Numbered from the stretch's first letter, positions 36,297 through 46,035 are shown. The stretch: 64,000 nucleotides of DNA from an uncultured Candidatus Saccharibacteria bacterium (GCA_964574655.1 CAZNOH010000001.1:329852-393851); one strand, 5' to 3'. Notes: a model not told the origin generated them from the letters alone. A program made the numbers and translations.

Positions 36297-36375
36297 GTCA
36301 TTCTGAGGCCGTAGCCGAAGAATCTCGTGATTTTTGTTTAACGACGGGATCCGTAGCTTTGGCTCAGGATGACAG
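36297..36375. repeat. 79-nt hairpin element with 12-bp terminal inverted repeats TGTCATTCTGAG/CTCAGGATGACA (copy B, inverted relative to A)
   Basis: Approximately reverse complement of copy A. Confidence 0.55.
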
Positions 36376-36376
36376 T

Positions 36377-36455
36377 TTTAAATCCTGCTTAAAATAAAAA
36401 TTTGGCAGGATTTTTTGTAAATAAAAAAACGGATTAATTAAGAAATCCGTTTTGA
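36377..36455. terminator. back-to-back terminators: AATCCTGC..GCAGGATT+T6 (for + kinase gene) and AAACGGATT..AATCCGTTT (for tdk on minus)
   Basis: Two hairpins with flanking T/A runs. Confidence 0.55.
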
Positions 36456-37004
36456 CATTCGTTCTGTCCAGCATTCAAAACAAAGAGCAACGTAATTATA
36501 ACCAACAGTGAATCTTTCAGTACTTTGATCAAGACGAAAACTGCGAGTGGCATCCTTTCCACAGTCAACGCAGATAGCAGTTAGTTTTGTAATCTTGACT
36601 TCAGGAATAGGCATAAGTAGTTCAACAAGTTTGAATGTTTTGCCTTGAAAGTCAGTATCAAGAGTGGTAATGTAGCAAATTTTTTTTTTCTGGTAAAGAG
36701 CTAGGACGACTTCAACTAGTTCAGGGGCGTTTTCATCTCCATAAAATTGAGCCTCTTCAATTCCATAGACTTGTACGTTTTGAGTTAGAGGAATGATTTC
36801 CCGTGGGCATTGAGTGGTAACAGGATTTTCCCAACGAATTCCACATCTTGATTCTACGTCTTCGGTTCTTGTTTCAAGAGCTGGACGGAAGACTTCAACT
36901 CTTTTTTGAGCATATTGATGTCTTCTGAGTTTACGGATAAATTCGAGAGTTTTTTCAGAACAAACTGGACCAGTAATGAGATGTATCTGGGGCTCGCGAT
37001 CCAT
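36438..37004 (-). CDS. tdk: thymidine kinase
   Basis: P-loop ITGPVCSEKT, C-terminal zinc ribbon CVDCG...CFEC; strong SD GGAGGAGG. Confidence 0.8.
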   Translation of the reverse strand: MDREPQIHLITGPVCSEKTLEFIRKLRRHQYAQKRVEVFRPALETRTEDVESRCGIRWENPVTTQCPREIIPLTQNVQVYGIEEAQFYGDENAPELVEVVLALYQKKKICYITTLDTDFQGKTFKLVELLMPIPEVKITKLTAICVDCGKDATRSFRLDQSTERFTVGYNYVALCFECWTERMSKRIS

Positions 37005-37161
37005 TTGTTTCCTCCTCCTTGTTGGTGGTTTTTTGTTTTTAGGGTTGCACTACTTTAAAGAATTATATAAGATTAATATGTTTTAGAGAATGCTAACTTA
37101 TACACATGGTATTTGCACACGCTCCAGCTGGATATTTAATACTTAGATTTACTGAAAAATT

Positions 37162-38310
37162 TTGGAACAAAAAAAAACTTTTAAAAAGAAAAAAAGGTTA
37201 GTTTTGTATTTGATCGGAATACTATTTTCCATTTTTCCTGATTTTGATTTGTTTTATCATTATTTTTATTCAGCTAATACTCCGCATCGCCAATATATTT
37301 CACATGGAATTGTTATTTATCTCTTATTATTTTTGTCTATCTATTTAATTGGTTCAATATCTAAAAGGCAATTTATTAAATCTATTGCTTGGGTGATTTT
37401 GCTTGGCGTATCGACTCATTTATTTTTTGATATGATTGCTTCTGGAATTGCAGTTTTTGCGCCAATTTCTAATTTAATGATCGGCTTTCGATCTATTTCG
37501 TTATTAAAATATAGTTTTTTTACTGAAAATATATTTTTGATAAATTGTTCTTTAGAGCTATTAATTATTCTCTCAGCAATTGTTGCCTTTGCTTATGATT
37601 TTATAAAAAATGCAAAATTAAAATTAGCAATTTTGATTACTAGTATTATATTATTTATTGCTGGATTTTCGGCATTATTCTATGTGAACAGCCATATTTA
37701 TAATGGCGGACAATTTGATGCTTATTTTGAAGATAATGATCATGACAAAAAAATTAATTTAGTTGATTTTGATATCGATAATGATGCTTTTGATAATATT
37801 TATGATAATGACGCTAATGGCAATGGCTTGTCTAATCAAGACGATATTTTGCGAGCGACAAAATTAATGAAAGGCAAATGGTATGATTTTACAGAAGGCA
37901 GCTGGGGCGAGATTTTTTCTCGCTGGGGTGTATTGACTAATTCTGATATTATAACAAAGTCTTACGAAACTGCTGGAATATATTTTCAAACTGAATTTGA
38001 TCGAGATTACAAAAACAATCCAAATGACTATGTTGGCGTGCCTGAAGATCCTTTGTTTGATAGGCGAACAGAAAATATTTATGCATTTTGCTTGCATAAT
38101 ATTCGATTATTCGATGGTGCAGATTTGCAAGTTGGTGATGTAATATTCTTTAATGATAATTTGGTTGGATTAACGACTTTTGTTGATAATTCTAACAAAG
38201 CTGATATAATAATAGGAAAACGTGGTAAGATGATATATGAAGACGATATTGACGTACTGAGTAATGAAATGAACGGCGTAAAAGCATATTGTCGGATAGT
38301 TAAGAATTAA
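37162..38310 (+). CDS. polytopic membrane protein with Asp-rich (Ca-binding-like) repeats and C-terminal globular domain, hypothetical
   Basis: 5-6 TM helices; DNDHDKKINLVDFDIDNDAFDNIYDNDANGNGLSNQDD. Confidence 0.4.
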   Translation: MEQKKTFKKKKRLVLYLIGILFSIFPDFDLFYHYFYSANTPHRQYISHGIVIYLLLFLSIYLIGSISKRQFIKSIAWVILLGVSTHLFFDMIASGIAVFAPISNLMIGFRSISLLKYSFFTENIFLINCSLELLIILSAIVAFAYDFIKNAKLKLAILITSIILFIAGFSALFYVNSHIYNGGQFDAYFEDNDHDKKINLVDFDIDNDAFDNIYDNDANGNGLSNQDDILRATKLMKGKWYDFTEGSWGEIFSRWGVLTNSDIITKSYETAGIYFQTEFDRDYKNNPNDYVGVPEDPLFDRRTENIYAFCLHNIRLFDGADLQVGDVIFFNDNLVGLTTFVDNSNKADIIIGKRGKMIYEDDIDVLSNEMNGVKAYCRIVKN

Positions 38311-38405
38311 CAAAGTTTTATAGAATTGCTAAATTGTTTCATTGTTAAATTGTTAACATGAAAAATATTAGCAATTTAACAATTTAGCAATTAAGCTATA
38401 AATTT

Positions 38406-38861
38406 ATGATGGTCCAAGAAGTAATGACGAAGAAAATTATCAAGATAAAAAAAGGCACGACTTTGCGCGAGGCGGCAAAAATTTTGATTAAAAATGAGAT
38501 TACCGGCGCTCCAATTGTTAATGAAAAAGACAAAGTAATTGGTATTATTTCGGAAAAGAATGTTTTTAGAGCTTTGTATCCGAATTATGAAGAATTTTAT
38601 ATTGATTTAGATGTAATTACAAAGCCAAATAATTTGGATGACAGATTATTAAAAATAGTTGATTTGAAAGTTGAGGATTTTATGGTAAAAGATGTTGTTT
38701 CAGCCTTGCCTTCTGATTCAGTAGTAAAGGTTGGCGGAATTATGATGGCAAGAGGGATACACCGTGTTTTAGTAGTAGATGAAAAAGAAATTTTGTTGGG
38801 TGTTGTTAGTAGAAGAGATATTTACCCCGCAGTGTTCAAAATGTTATTAAATATAAAATAA
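38406..38861 (+). CDS. CBS domain pair protein
   Basis: Two CBS motifs (VIGIISEKNVF, LLGVVSRRDI). Confidence 0.7.
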   Translation: MMVQEVMTKKIIKIKKGTTLREAAKILIKNEITGAPIVNEKDKVIGIISEKNVFRALYPNYEEFYIDLDVITKPNNLDDRLLKIVDLKVEDFMVKDVVSALPSDSVVKVGGIMMARGIHRVLVVDEKEILLGVVSRRDIYPAVFKMLLNIK

Positions 38862-38871
38862 AGCGTAAATT

Positions 38872-38900
38872 GTAGAGACGCCCAAATTGGGCGTCTGTAC
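38872..38900. repeat. REP-like GTAG palindrome GTAGAGACGCCCAAATTGGGCGTCTGTAC (identical copy at 62511)
   Basis: Perfect 11-bp stem; related copy GTAGAGACGTTGCAATGCAACGTCTCTAC at 635..663. Confidence 0.6.
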
Positions 38901-38912
38901 AAAAATAAAAAA

Positions 38913-39731
38913 ATGCCTGAACTTCCTGAAGTAGAAACAATTAAACGACAGCTTGAGACAAAAATAGTTGGCAAAAAAATTAAGAATGTTGAAGTTCGTT
39001 ATGCAAAACTATTGAACATGCTTGAAAAAGAATTTGTTGCTCAGGTTGTTGGAAGTAAAATTATTGCCCTGAAAAGAAGGGCAAAACTTTTAATTTGGGC
39101 ATTATCTGAAAATAAGAATTTGGTTTTTCATTTAAAGATGGCTGGCCAGGTAATTTGGGCTGGAAAAAATCCTAATCCTGCAAAATATACTTATGTTATT
39201 TTTACTTTGTCAGATGGTAATACGGTATTTTTTAATGATAAGAGAAAGTTTGGCTGGGTAAAATTATTAGATTATCAAGAATTTGAAAAGTTATTATTAT
39301 CATATGGTCCTGAGCCATTGGATAAAAATTTTACTTGGCAAAATTTAAAAGAGATATTGTACAAGAAAAAAAGAATCAGAATCAAGCCATTATTAATGGA
39401 TCAAACATTATTGGCTGGAGTTGGAAATATTTATGCTCAAGAAGCTTGCTTTTGCGCTGGAATTTTGCCAGAAAGAAAGGCAGGCGATATAGTTGACAAA
39501 GAAATTGAAAAGCTATATGCTTGCTTGAAAAAAGTATTATTGGAATCTATCAAACATCATGGTACTTCAGCTGATGCCTATGTTGATGCATTAGGGAACA
39601 AAGGCAGTTTTGAAGCTAGATTAAAAGTTTATGGACGACAAGGCGAGAAATGTTATCGATGTGGCGGAATAGTTGAAAAAATGAAGCTTGGTGGACGTGG
39701 AACTTATTATTGTCCGAAATGCCAGACTTAG
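38913..39731 (+). CDS. mutM: formamidopyrimidine-DNA glycosylase
   Basis: N-terminal MPELPEVE, C-terminal zinc finger CYRCGG...YYCPKCQ. Confidence 0.8.
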   Translation: MPELPEVETIKRQLETKIVGKKIKNVEVRYAKLLNMLEKEFVAQVVGSKIIALKRRAKLLIWALSENKNLVFHLKMAGQVIWAGKNPNPAKYTYVIFTLSDGNTVFFNDKRKFGWVKLLDYQEFEKLLLSYGPEPLDKNFTWQNLKEILYKKKRIRIKPLLMDQTLLAGVGNIYAQEACFCAGILPERKAGDIVDKEIEKLYACLKKVLLESIKHHGTSADAYVDALGNKGSFEARLKVYGRQGEKCYRCGGIVEKMKLGGRGTYYCPKCQT

Positions 39732-39766
39732 TTCGAAAGTTATAAAGTTATAAAGTTATAAAGTTT

Positions 39767-39800
39767 GCCTGCTGAAAGGCAGGTATTTAAATATTTTGTT
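39767..39800 (+). terminator. terminator GCCTGCTGAAAGGCAGG + T-rich, preceded by AGTTATAA x3 tandem repeat
   Basis: Hairpin read directly. Confidence 0.45.
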
Positions 39801-39866
39801 CTTTGACAACGAGGCTTGAAAAAAGCAAAATTGTTGAATCGCGCTAAGCCAAGAGAGGAGGGCGAG

Positions 39867-40049
39867 ATGGAAACACCATGGATATATATTGCAATTTTTG
39901 TTGGCATTTTAGTTTTTGTGTTTATTTCGGTTATGGTTGATATTTTTTCAGAGAGTTCTGGAAATGAGATTTCCAAATCATGTAGTTGCACGGGTAACGA
40001 AAGATGTCCAATTTGTTCATCTTATCTTGATAGTTTTGGTAATCATTGA
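39867..40049 (+). CDS. small membrane-anchored Cys-rich protein (KSCSCTGNERCPICSSY); second homologous Cys module continues in +1 frame to 40200
   Basis: Strong SD AGAGGAGGGCGAGATG; TM helix; duplicated CxC-x5-CPxC module split by frame change. Confidence 0.4.
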   Translation: METPWIYIAIFVGILVFVFISVMVDIFSESSGNEISKSCSCTGNERCPICSSYLDSFGNH

Positions 40050-40161
40050 AAAGTCCGGATCTTGCACTTGTGAAACAAGCTATGAAAGTTGTCCTTATTG
40101 TAGTGCTTATACCAAATTCAGCGAATGTGTTCTAGCTAAAAAACTATTTGTTTGTCTAGCT

Positions 40162-40227
40162 GGTTGCAGAGTCCTCTCTGCAACCACATTATCGCGTTGA
40201 TTTGGTTTCAGAGAGGACTCTGAAACC
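40162..40227 (+). other. twin perfect hairpins GGTTGCAGAG-TCCT-CTCTGCAACC and GGTTTCAGAG-AGGA-CTCTGAAACC with mutually complementary loops
   Basis: Read directly; G/T difference compensated in stem. Confidence 0.45.
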
Positions 40228-40298
40228 AGCATCGCAACAGATTAAATGAATTTGGTATTATAAAAGTAGTTTCGGCAATCATAGATAATAAGTTCTTT

Positions 40299-40321
40299 AA
40301 CTGGTTTTTACCAGTTTTTTG
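40299..40321 (+). terminator. rho-independent terminator AACTGG-TTTTTA-CCAGTT + T6
   Basis: Hairpin + T-run. Confidence 0.5.
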
Positions 40322-40328
40322 TTGCCTC

Positions 40329-40420
40329 ACTCGAATATTTTTTCGAATATAAGCGAATACTTTTTCGAATATTTGAAAATAGATTAGAATATTATTCGAA
40401 AATAAATTAGAGTGAGATCT
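40329..40420 (+). promoter_or_regulatory. TTCGAATAT x5 direct-repeat array enclosed by CTCACTC/GAGTGAG inverted repeat, upstream of prfB
   Basis: ctcgaatattttttcgaatataagcgaatactttttcgaatatttgaaaatagattagaatattattcgaaaataaattagagtgag. Confidence 0.4.
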
Positions 40421-40461
40421 GTTTTTGACCAGTTTTTTTTATTATGCTATCTTGGTAGTAT

Positions 40462-41545
40462 ATGCAGGATTTATTAACAAAATTAGAAAAAATAAAACAG
40501 GACATTGCGAAAGTAATGGATCGTCTTTGATATTGTTAGTAAAAAAGAAAAAATAGCAAAATTAGAAAAAGATATCCAAAGCCCTGATTTTTGGAAGAAT
40601 ACCAGAAAAGCAAAAGCAATAATGCGTGATCTTGATAGTCTGAAAAAATTTGTTGAATTGTGGGAAGGATTAATGCTTGAAACAAAAGATTTAATTGAAG
40701 TGATTGATATTGCAAATGAAGACGAATCGTTGAAAAAAGAAATAGAACAGCGTTTTCTAAAGCTGAACAAAAAATTTGAACAGCATGAATTTGAAATAAT
40801 GATGTCCGGTGATTATGATTTGAACAATGCAATTTTGATGATTCATTCTGGTACTGGTGGTACAGAAGCGCAGGATTGGGCAGAGATGTTACTTCGAATG
40901 TATTTGCGATATTGTGAAAAAAGAGATTGGCAGACTGAAATTTTGGATAAAATAATGGGCTCGGAGGCAGGAATAAAAAGTGCTATAGTAAAGGTGACTG
41001 GAAATTATGCTTACGGCTATTTGAAGGCTGAAGCTGGAATTCATCGTTTGGTTCGTCAATCGCCGTTTGATTCTGATCATGCTAGGCACACATCTTTTGC
41101 TTTAGTTGAAGTGATTCCAGAATTGTCTTCTGATGTCAATATAAAAATAGATTCAAAAGATTTACGAATTGATACATATAGATCAAGTGGAGCAGGAGGT
41201 CAGAGTGTTAATAAAACAAGCTCAGCAGTCAGAATTACTCATTTGCCATCAGGCATTGTTGTTGCTTGTCAGAATCAAAGATCTCAGATTCAGAATAGAG
41301 AAACAGCAATGATGATTCTGAAATCAAGGCTTTATGAAAAAGAATTAAAAAAGAAAAAAGAAGAAAAAGCAAAATTGCGAGGCGAGCATCTTGAGGCAAG
41401 TTGGAGCAATCAAATCAGATCTTATGTCTTGCATCCGTACAAAATGGTAAAAGATCATCGGACAGAATATGAAGTTGGTGATGCAGAAGCTGTGTTAGAT
41501 GGTGATTTAGATGGATTTATTGAGGCGTTTCTGAAGATAAAATAA
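40462..41545 (+). CDS. prfB: peptide chain release factor 2 with programmed +1 frameshift at CTT TGA (40525..40530)
   Basis: Frame-0 MQDLLTKLEKIKQDIAKVMDRL then TGA; +1 frame continues DIVSKKEKIAKLEKDIQSPDFW...; SPF and GGQ motifs downstream (SPFDSDHARHTSF, SGAGGQSVNKTSSAVR). Confidence 0.85.
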
Positions 41546-41631
41546 TTTTAAATTTTAAATTTCGAATCAATTTTAAAATTAGAATTTTGAAATTTATTTA
41601 AAATTTTGAATTTGAAATTAAAAATTAGACT

Positions 41632-42309
41632 ATGATTGAATTAAAACATATAAATAAGTCTTATCAGGATGCCTTGGTCTTGAGCGATATCAATGTCACA
41701 ATTAATGATGGAGAGTTTGTGTCTTTTGTTGGCAGATCTGGTGTTGGCAAGACAACGATTTTTAGATTGCTGATTGGTGAGGGAAAAGCTGATTCAGGCG
41801 AGTTGATTGTGAATGGTTGCAATGTTGAAAAATTGAGCAAAAGTAAAATTCCATATTATCGTCGCAAATTGGGAGTGGTTTTTCAGGATTTTAAATTACT
41901 GTCTAGGAAAAATGTTTATGAAAATGTTGCTTTTACTTTGATTGTGTCAGGCGCTTCAAATAAAAAAATAAAAGAATTAGTGCCACAAGCAATAGGCTTG
42001 GTTGGATTGTCAGGCAAAGAAGATCGTTTTCCGCATGAATTATCAGGTGGTGAACAACAACGTTGCGCAATTGCTCGATCTATTGTTCATCAGCCAAAAA
42101 TTTTGATTGCTGATGAGTTGACTGGTGATTTGGATGCAATTTATTCTTGGGAAATTATGGAAATATTATTGAGAATTAATAAATTAGGCAATACGGTTTT
42201 GATTGCAACTCATGATCGAGATATTGTAAATCGCTTGAATAAAAGAGTGATTACAATGGAAGGCGGAAAGATTATGAAAGATCAGCAGGTAGGGCGTTAT
42301 ATGATCTAA
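41632..42309 (+). CDS. ftsE: cell division ATP-binding protein FtsE
   Basis: Walker A GRSGVGKTT, signature LSGGEQQR, followed by ftsX. Confidence 0.8.
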   Translation: MIELKHINKSYQDALVLSDINVTINDGEFVSFVGRSGVGKTTIFRLLIGEGKADSGELIVNGCNVEKLSKSKIPYYRRKLGVVFQDFKLLSRKNVYENVAFTLIVSGASNKKIKELVPQAIGLVGLSGKEDRFPHELSGGEQQRCAIARSIVHQPKILIADELTGDLDAIYSWEIMEILLRINKLGNTVLIATHDRDIVNRLNKRVITMEGGKIMKDQQVGRYMI

Positions 42310-42360
42310 TTTTAAAATTTATTTAAAATTTAAAATTTGAAATTTAGTTTTTAATAGCAT

Positions 42361-43275
42361 ATGTTAAGGTCTTTATCTCGTGTTATAAAATTTGGATTCA
42401 TGAATTTCTGGCGAAATATTTGGCTTTCTTTTGCTACGACTTTGATTATGGTTTTGACATTATTTTCTATCAGCTTGTTGATTGTTTTGAATCTTTATGG
42501 AGATTTGATTATTCAAAATATCAAAAATAAAATTGATGTAACTGTTTTTTTTCAGACTGATGTTAGCAAAGCGCAAATGGATGAAATGCAAAGCGCTTTA
42601 ACTAATATGAATGATGTTGAAGAAGTAAAATTTACTTCAAAAGATGAGGCATTAAAAGAATTTCAGGCAAAACATGGCGATAATCCTTTGATTTTGTCTT
42701 CTATTGCTGAATTAGAGGGTAATCCTTTGCGAGATACTCTTGTAATCCGCGCAAAGAATTTGGATAAATATAATGAAATAAAAGTTTTCTTAGATAATGA
42801 AAAATATCAGCCGATAGTTGATAAATTTACTTTTGATGATAATAAAGAAATTATTAGTAAGGTTTCGGCAGCTTTAACTATTGCAAAAAAGATTGGGATC
42901 GGAGTCAGCGTGATTTTCTGCGTTATTGTTGTTTTGGTCATGTTCAATACTATCCGAATGACAATTTATACTCAAAAAGATGAAATTAGTATTATGAGAT
43001 TGGTTGGAGCGACAAATACTTTTATTGAAATTCCATTTATAATAGAAGGCATGTTGTATGGTATTTTTGCGAGTGTGATTTCAACTTTGATTATTTATCC
43101 GGTTATTTTATATACAACACCGAAAATTAATCAATTTTTTCAGCTTGTGAATGTTGATGCAGCTTCTGTAATAAATAAAAATTTGTTAATTATTATTGCG
43201 GTTCAATTATTGCTTGGAATATTTTTAGGAGTAGTGTCTAGTGCGATTGCGATAAGGAAGTATTTGAAGGTGTAA
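42361..43275 (+). CDS. ftsX: cell division permease FtsX
   Basis: 1 TM + periplasmic domain + 3 TM; follows ftsE. Confidence 0.75.
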   Translation: MLRSLSRVIKFGFMNFWRNIWLSFATTLIMVLTLFSISLLIVLNLYGDLIIQNIKNKIDVTVFFQTDVSKAQMDEMQSALTNMNDVEEVKFTSKDEALKEFQAKHGDNPLILSSIAELEGNPLRDTLVIRAKNLDKYNEIKVFLDNEKYQPIVDKFTFDDNKEIISKVSAALTIAKKIGIGVSVIFCVIVVLVMFNTIRMTIYTQKDEISIMRLVGATNTFIEIPFIIEGMLYGIFASVISTLIIYPVILYTTPKINQFFQLVNVDAASVINKNLLIIIAVQLLLGIFLGVVSSAIAIRKYLKV

Positions 43276-43300
43276 ATTAAAATTAATTTTTAACAATAAT

Positions 43301-43324
43301 AAAATCCCTTTTTGGGATTTTTTG
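43301..43324 (+). terminator. rho-independent terminator AAAATCCC-TTTTT-GGGATTTTTTG after ftsX
   Basis: Hairpin + T-run. Confidence 0.6.
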
Positions 43325-43409
43325 TATTGAAGTTTGGGCTGATAAGATGTAAGATTATATGTTATGATTAAATAAAATTGATTTTAATTAATAATTTGTA
43401 GATAAATTT

Positions 43410-44456
43410 ATGGTATATCCGGAAATCGAAATTACAAAAGATGATTTGAAAAAAATAATTTATTTCATCTTAATGAAATTTAAAGGTGATCAGCTTCATA
43501 GGCAAGGTACGTCTGCTAAGCGTGATTTGATAGGAGGATATATTGAGCGCTGGTTTAACAAAATTGCTGAAACAGTTATTTTTGATAATTTATTAAACAA
43601 AAAAGATTACGAAGCGGTTTCTGATTATTTTATTTATTCAGATGACAAGAAGAATGTTCCAGATATACTTGGATTAAAAAAGCTTAAGAAAATATTGCCT
43701 TTTGTGAAATATAATAACGGTACTTGGGATACCATATCGGGAATGCCGAGAATTGAAGTTAAAGTTTTTAGAAAAGACCAAGCTCTTGTAAGCATTCGTG
43801 AGCCACAAATGATTGATGATTATTATGTTATTATTGATTCTGATTTGAACGGTGATTATTTAACTGCAATTTTTAGGGACGAGGTTTTTGAAGACAAGTT
43901 TTTTAATAGCTTAATTGTTGATGATGTGTTTATTGAAAGCGACATTGATAATAATATGATCGAACATATGAAAGTTATGCCAGCTAAAAAAATTGGAACA
44001 ATGAGGTTAATAGGTATTTATACAAAAAAAGAATTCAAAGATAATTCAATCTTATGTCGCAAGGGCGTTAGTCCGTATTATTTCGGATGGGCATCTAATA
44101 AAATTTTGGCTAGTAAATTACGATTAAACGAAAAATTGAATTTGGATAAAATGGGACGGTTTGTTTATAAGTATAATAGCTCATATGTTTGCTTGCCAGT
44201 GGCGATAGATAGTCCTAAAAATAATAAAATTACTGTATTAAAAAGAAATAAAGGATCGGTATATATCAATTCGTTAGAAAATATAAGTATTGGAGGCATA
44301 AAGTTAAAAGCAGGGGATATTTGCGTCGAGTTTAAAAAATTTGACCGAAGTTCAAAATGGGACGAGAATGTTTTACTGAAACAAACTCTTGAAAAGTATG
44401 GAAAAGATTCCACGAAAGATTTGATCGATCTTTTTGATGAGTTAGTGAGCAAGTAG
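43410..44456 (+). CDS. hypothetical protein; candidate restriction endonuclease partner of the adjacent C5-MTase
   Basis: Convergent with MTase gene with a 1-nt gap; possible PD..ExK-like segment IIDSD...FEDK; no recognised homology. Confidence 0.35.
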   Translation: MVYPEIEITKDDLKKIIYFILMKFKGDQLHRQGTSAKRDLIGGYIERWFNKIAETVIFDNLLNKKDYEAVSDYFIYSDDKKNVPDILGLKKLKKILPFVKYNNGTWDTISGMPRIEVKVFRKDQALVSIREPQMIDDYYVIIDSDLNGDYLTAIFRDEVFEDKFFNSLIVDDVFIESDIDNNMIEHMKVMPAKKIGTMRLIGIYTKKEFKDNSILCRKGVSPYYFGWASNKILASKLRLNEKLNLDKMGRFVYKYNSSYVCLPVAIDSPKNNKITVLKRNKGSVYINSLENISIGGIKLKAGDICVEFKKFDRSSKWDENVLLKQTLEKYGKDSTKDLIDLFDELVSK

Positions 44457-44457
44457 G

Positions 44458-46035
44458 TTATTCCATTGCTTTTTTTATTTGCTTTGCGACTGCTTCGACG
44501 ACAGGTACGCTTACAGAATTTCCTAGTTGTTTATATAGTGCTGAATCTGAAATTTCTGGCAATTTGAAATTAGCCGGAAATCCTTGAATTTTTGCGCATT
44601 CTAGCGGAGTCAACTTTCTGATGCCTTTTTTATCTTTAATGATTGGGACATTGTGTCCGCCAGTTCCCATATTCGCTGTCAATGTCGGGCATACGTCGCT
44701 TTTATTCTCTCGAACATACTGTCGGCGCCATTGATAAACCTTATTGCTGTCTTTTATAAAATTTTTTAATTTTTTAAATAGCGGTTTTCCGTTATAATAA
44801 TATTTTTCAGGCACATTTTTTTCTAGCAGATCAGTAATTTTTTTTGTGAGTTTTACTGGCTTTGGAAATTCAAATTTGTCGCAATAATCTTTATTTTTGA
44901 AGCCAGCAATGTAAATGCGTTCGCGATTTTGGGGAATATTTCCATATTCCATGCTGTTCAAAACTTTAGCTTTTAAATAATAGCCAAGACTTTCCAATGT
45001 TTCTTGAATTGTTTTAAAAGTTTTTCCATCGTCATGGCTTTTCAGATTTTTTACATTTTCAAGCAGGAATCCCTCTGGTTTTCTAGCATCAAGTATTCTT
45101 GCAATATCAAAAAATAAATTGCCTCTGCCTTTTTTATCATTGAATCCTTGCCTATATCCAGCAATGGAAAATGCTTGGCAGGGAAATCCGCCGAGAAGAA
45201 AATCGAATTTTGGCAGATCATCAATGCCAATTTTTCTTATATCTTCAACTACAAGTTTTGATTTTTTGAAATTTAAATCATAAGTAAGCTTGCATTTTTC
45301 GTCAAAATCATTAGAAAATACCGTATTGAATCCAGCTTTTTCAAAACCAAGCCTAATTCCGCCGACTCCTGCAAAAAGATCGATAGTTTTAAATCCGTGT
45401 TTGATTTTTTTTGCAATTATTTTTTCTGGTTCTTTGGAAAAATTACTGATAACTTGTATTACAACGCCTCTTACTTCAACTTCGTTTCTGAAAAAGGGGA
45501 GCATATTTTGATTTCTTGGTTGAAGTCGGAATCTGTTTTGTTCTCTGTAAAGCTTTTTAAGCGTTGCTTCATTGTCATCAATGATAGCAACGACAGTTTG
45601 GCCATTTTCTGCTGAAGACTGTTTTTTTATAATTACAGTATCGCCATCAAATATTCCTTCATCGATCATGCTATCGCCAACAACGCGAAGAGCATAATAG
45701 TCCTTCTTATTTTTGATAGATGGATTAAATACTGGAATATTTTCTTGAAAATTTTCGATGGCTTCAATCGGTTTGCTGGCAGCTATATTTCCAATAACCG
45801 GAATATCGATAACTGTTCTCTGTTTTTCTTTTGGCGTAATGTCGCGCGCGGAATTATTATTTTTTGAGAGATAGCCTTTTTTTATCAGAGTATTAATATG
45901 TTCATGGATTGTTGATACTGCCTTAAGCTTCAGTTTCTTTCTTATTTCTTCGATTGTTGGCGAAATTCCGTTTTCTGTGCGATAGGCATTAATAAAATCG
46001 AATACTAACTTTTGTTTTTGTGTTAAATTTTGCAT
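44458..46035 (-). CDS. fusion protein: full-length LexA-like repressor (wHTH + S24 autopeptidase) fused to C5-cytosine DNA methyltransferase
   Basis: LexA: LTQKQKLVFDFI..., VIGNIAASKP (cleavage-loop position), RVVGDSM (Ser), ATLKKL (Lys). MTase: DLFAGVGGIRLGF (I), GGFPCQAFS (IV), ENV (VI), QNRERIYI (VIII), GNSVSVPV (X). Confidence 0.8.
   Translation of the reverse strand: MQNLTQKQKLVFDFINAYRTENGISPTIEEIRKKLKLKAVSTIHEHINTLIKKGYLSKNNNSARDITPKEKQRTVIDIPVIGNIAASKPIEAIENFQENIPVFNPSIKNKKDYYALRVVGDSMIDEGIFDGDTVIIKKQSSAENGQTVVAIIDDNEATLKKLYREQNRFRLQPRNQNMLPFFRNEVEVRGVVIQVISNFSKEPEKIIAKKIKHGFKTIDLFAGVGGIRLGFEKAGFNTVFSNDFDEKCKLTYDLNFKKSKLVVEDIRKIGIDDLPKFDFLLGGFPCQAFSIAGYRQGFNDKKGRGNLFFDIARILDARKPEGFLLENVKNLKSHDDGKTFKTIQETLESLGYYLKAKVLNSMEYGNIPQNRERIYIAGFKNKDYCDKFEFPKPVKLTKKITDLLEKNVPEKYYYNGKPLFKKLKNFIKDSNKVYQWRRQYVRENKSDVCPTLTANMGTGGHNVPIIKDKKGIRKLTPLECAKIQGFPANFKLPEISDSALYKQLGNSVSVPVVEAVAKQIKKAME

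Noticed and set aside
39740-39991. 83-aa minus-strand ORF
   Set aside because: It overlaps a terminator and the SD-bearing + strand Cys-rich gene and has no RBS, so it is likely spurious.
41548-42360. AT-rich tandem repeats (ATTTTAAA/TTTGAAAT) between prfB, ftsE and ftsX, and similar AAATTAAAAAG runs at 2216..2280 and 4296..4340, as possible CRISPR arrays
   Set aside because: Units are degenerate, of variable length and lack unique spacers. They are low-complexity intergenic DNA, not CRISPR.
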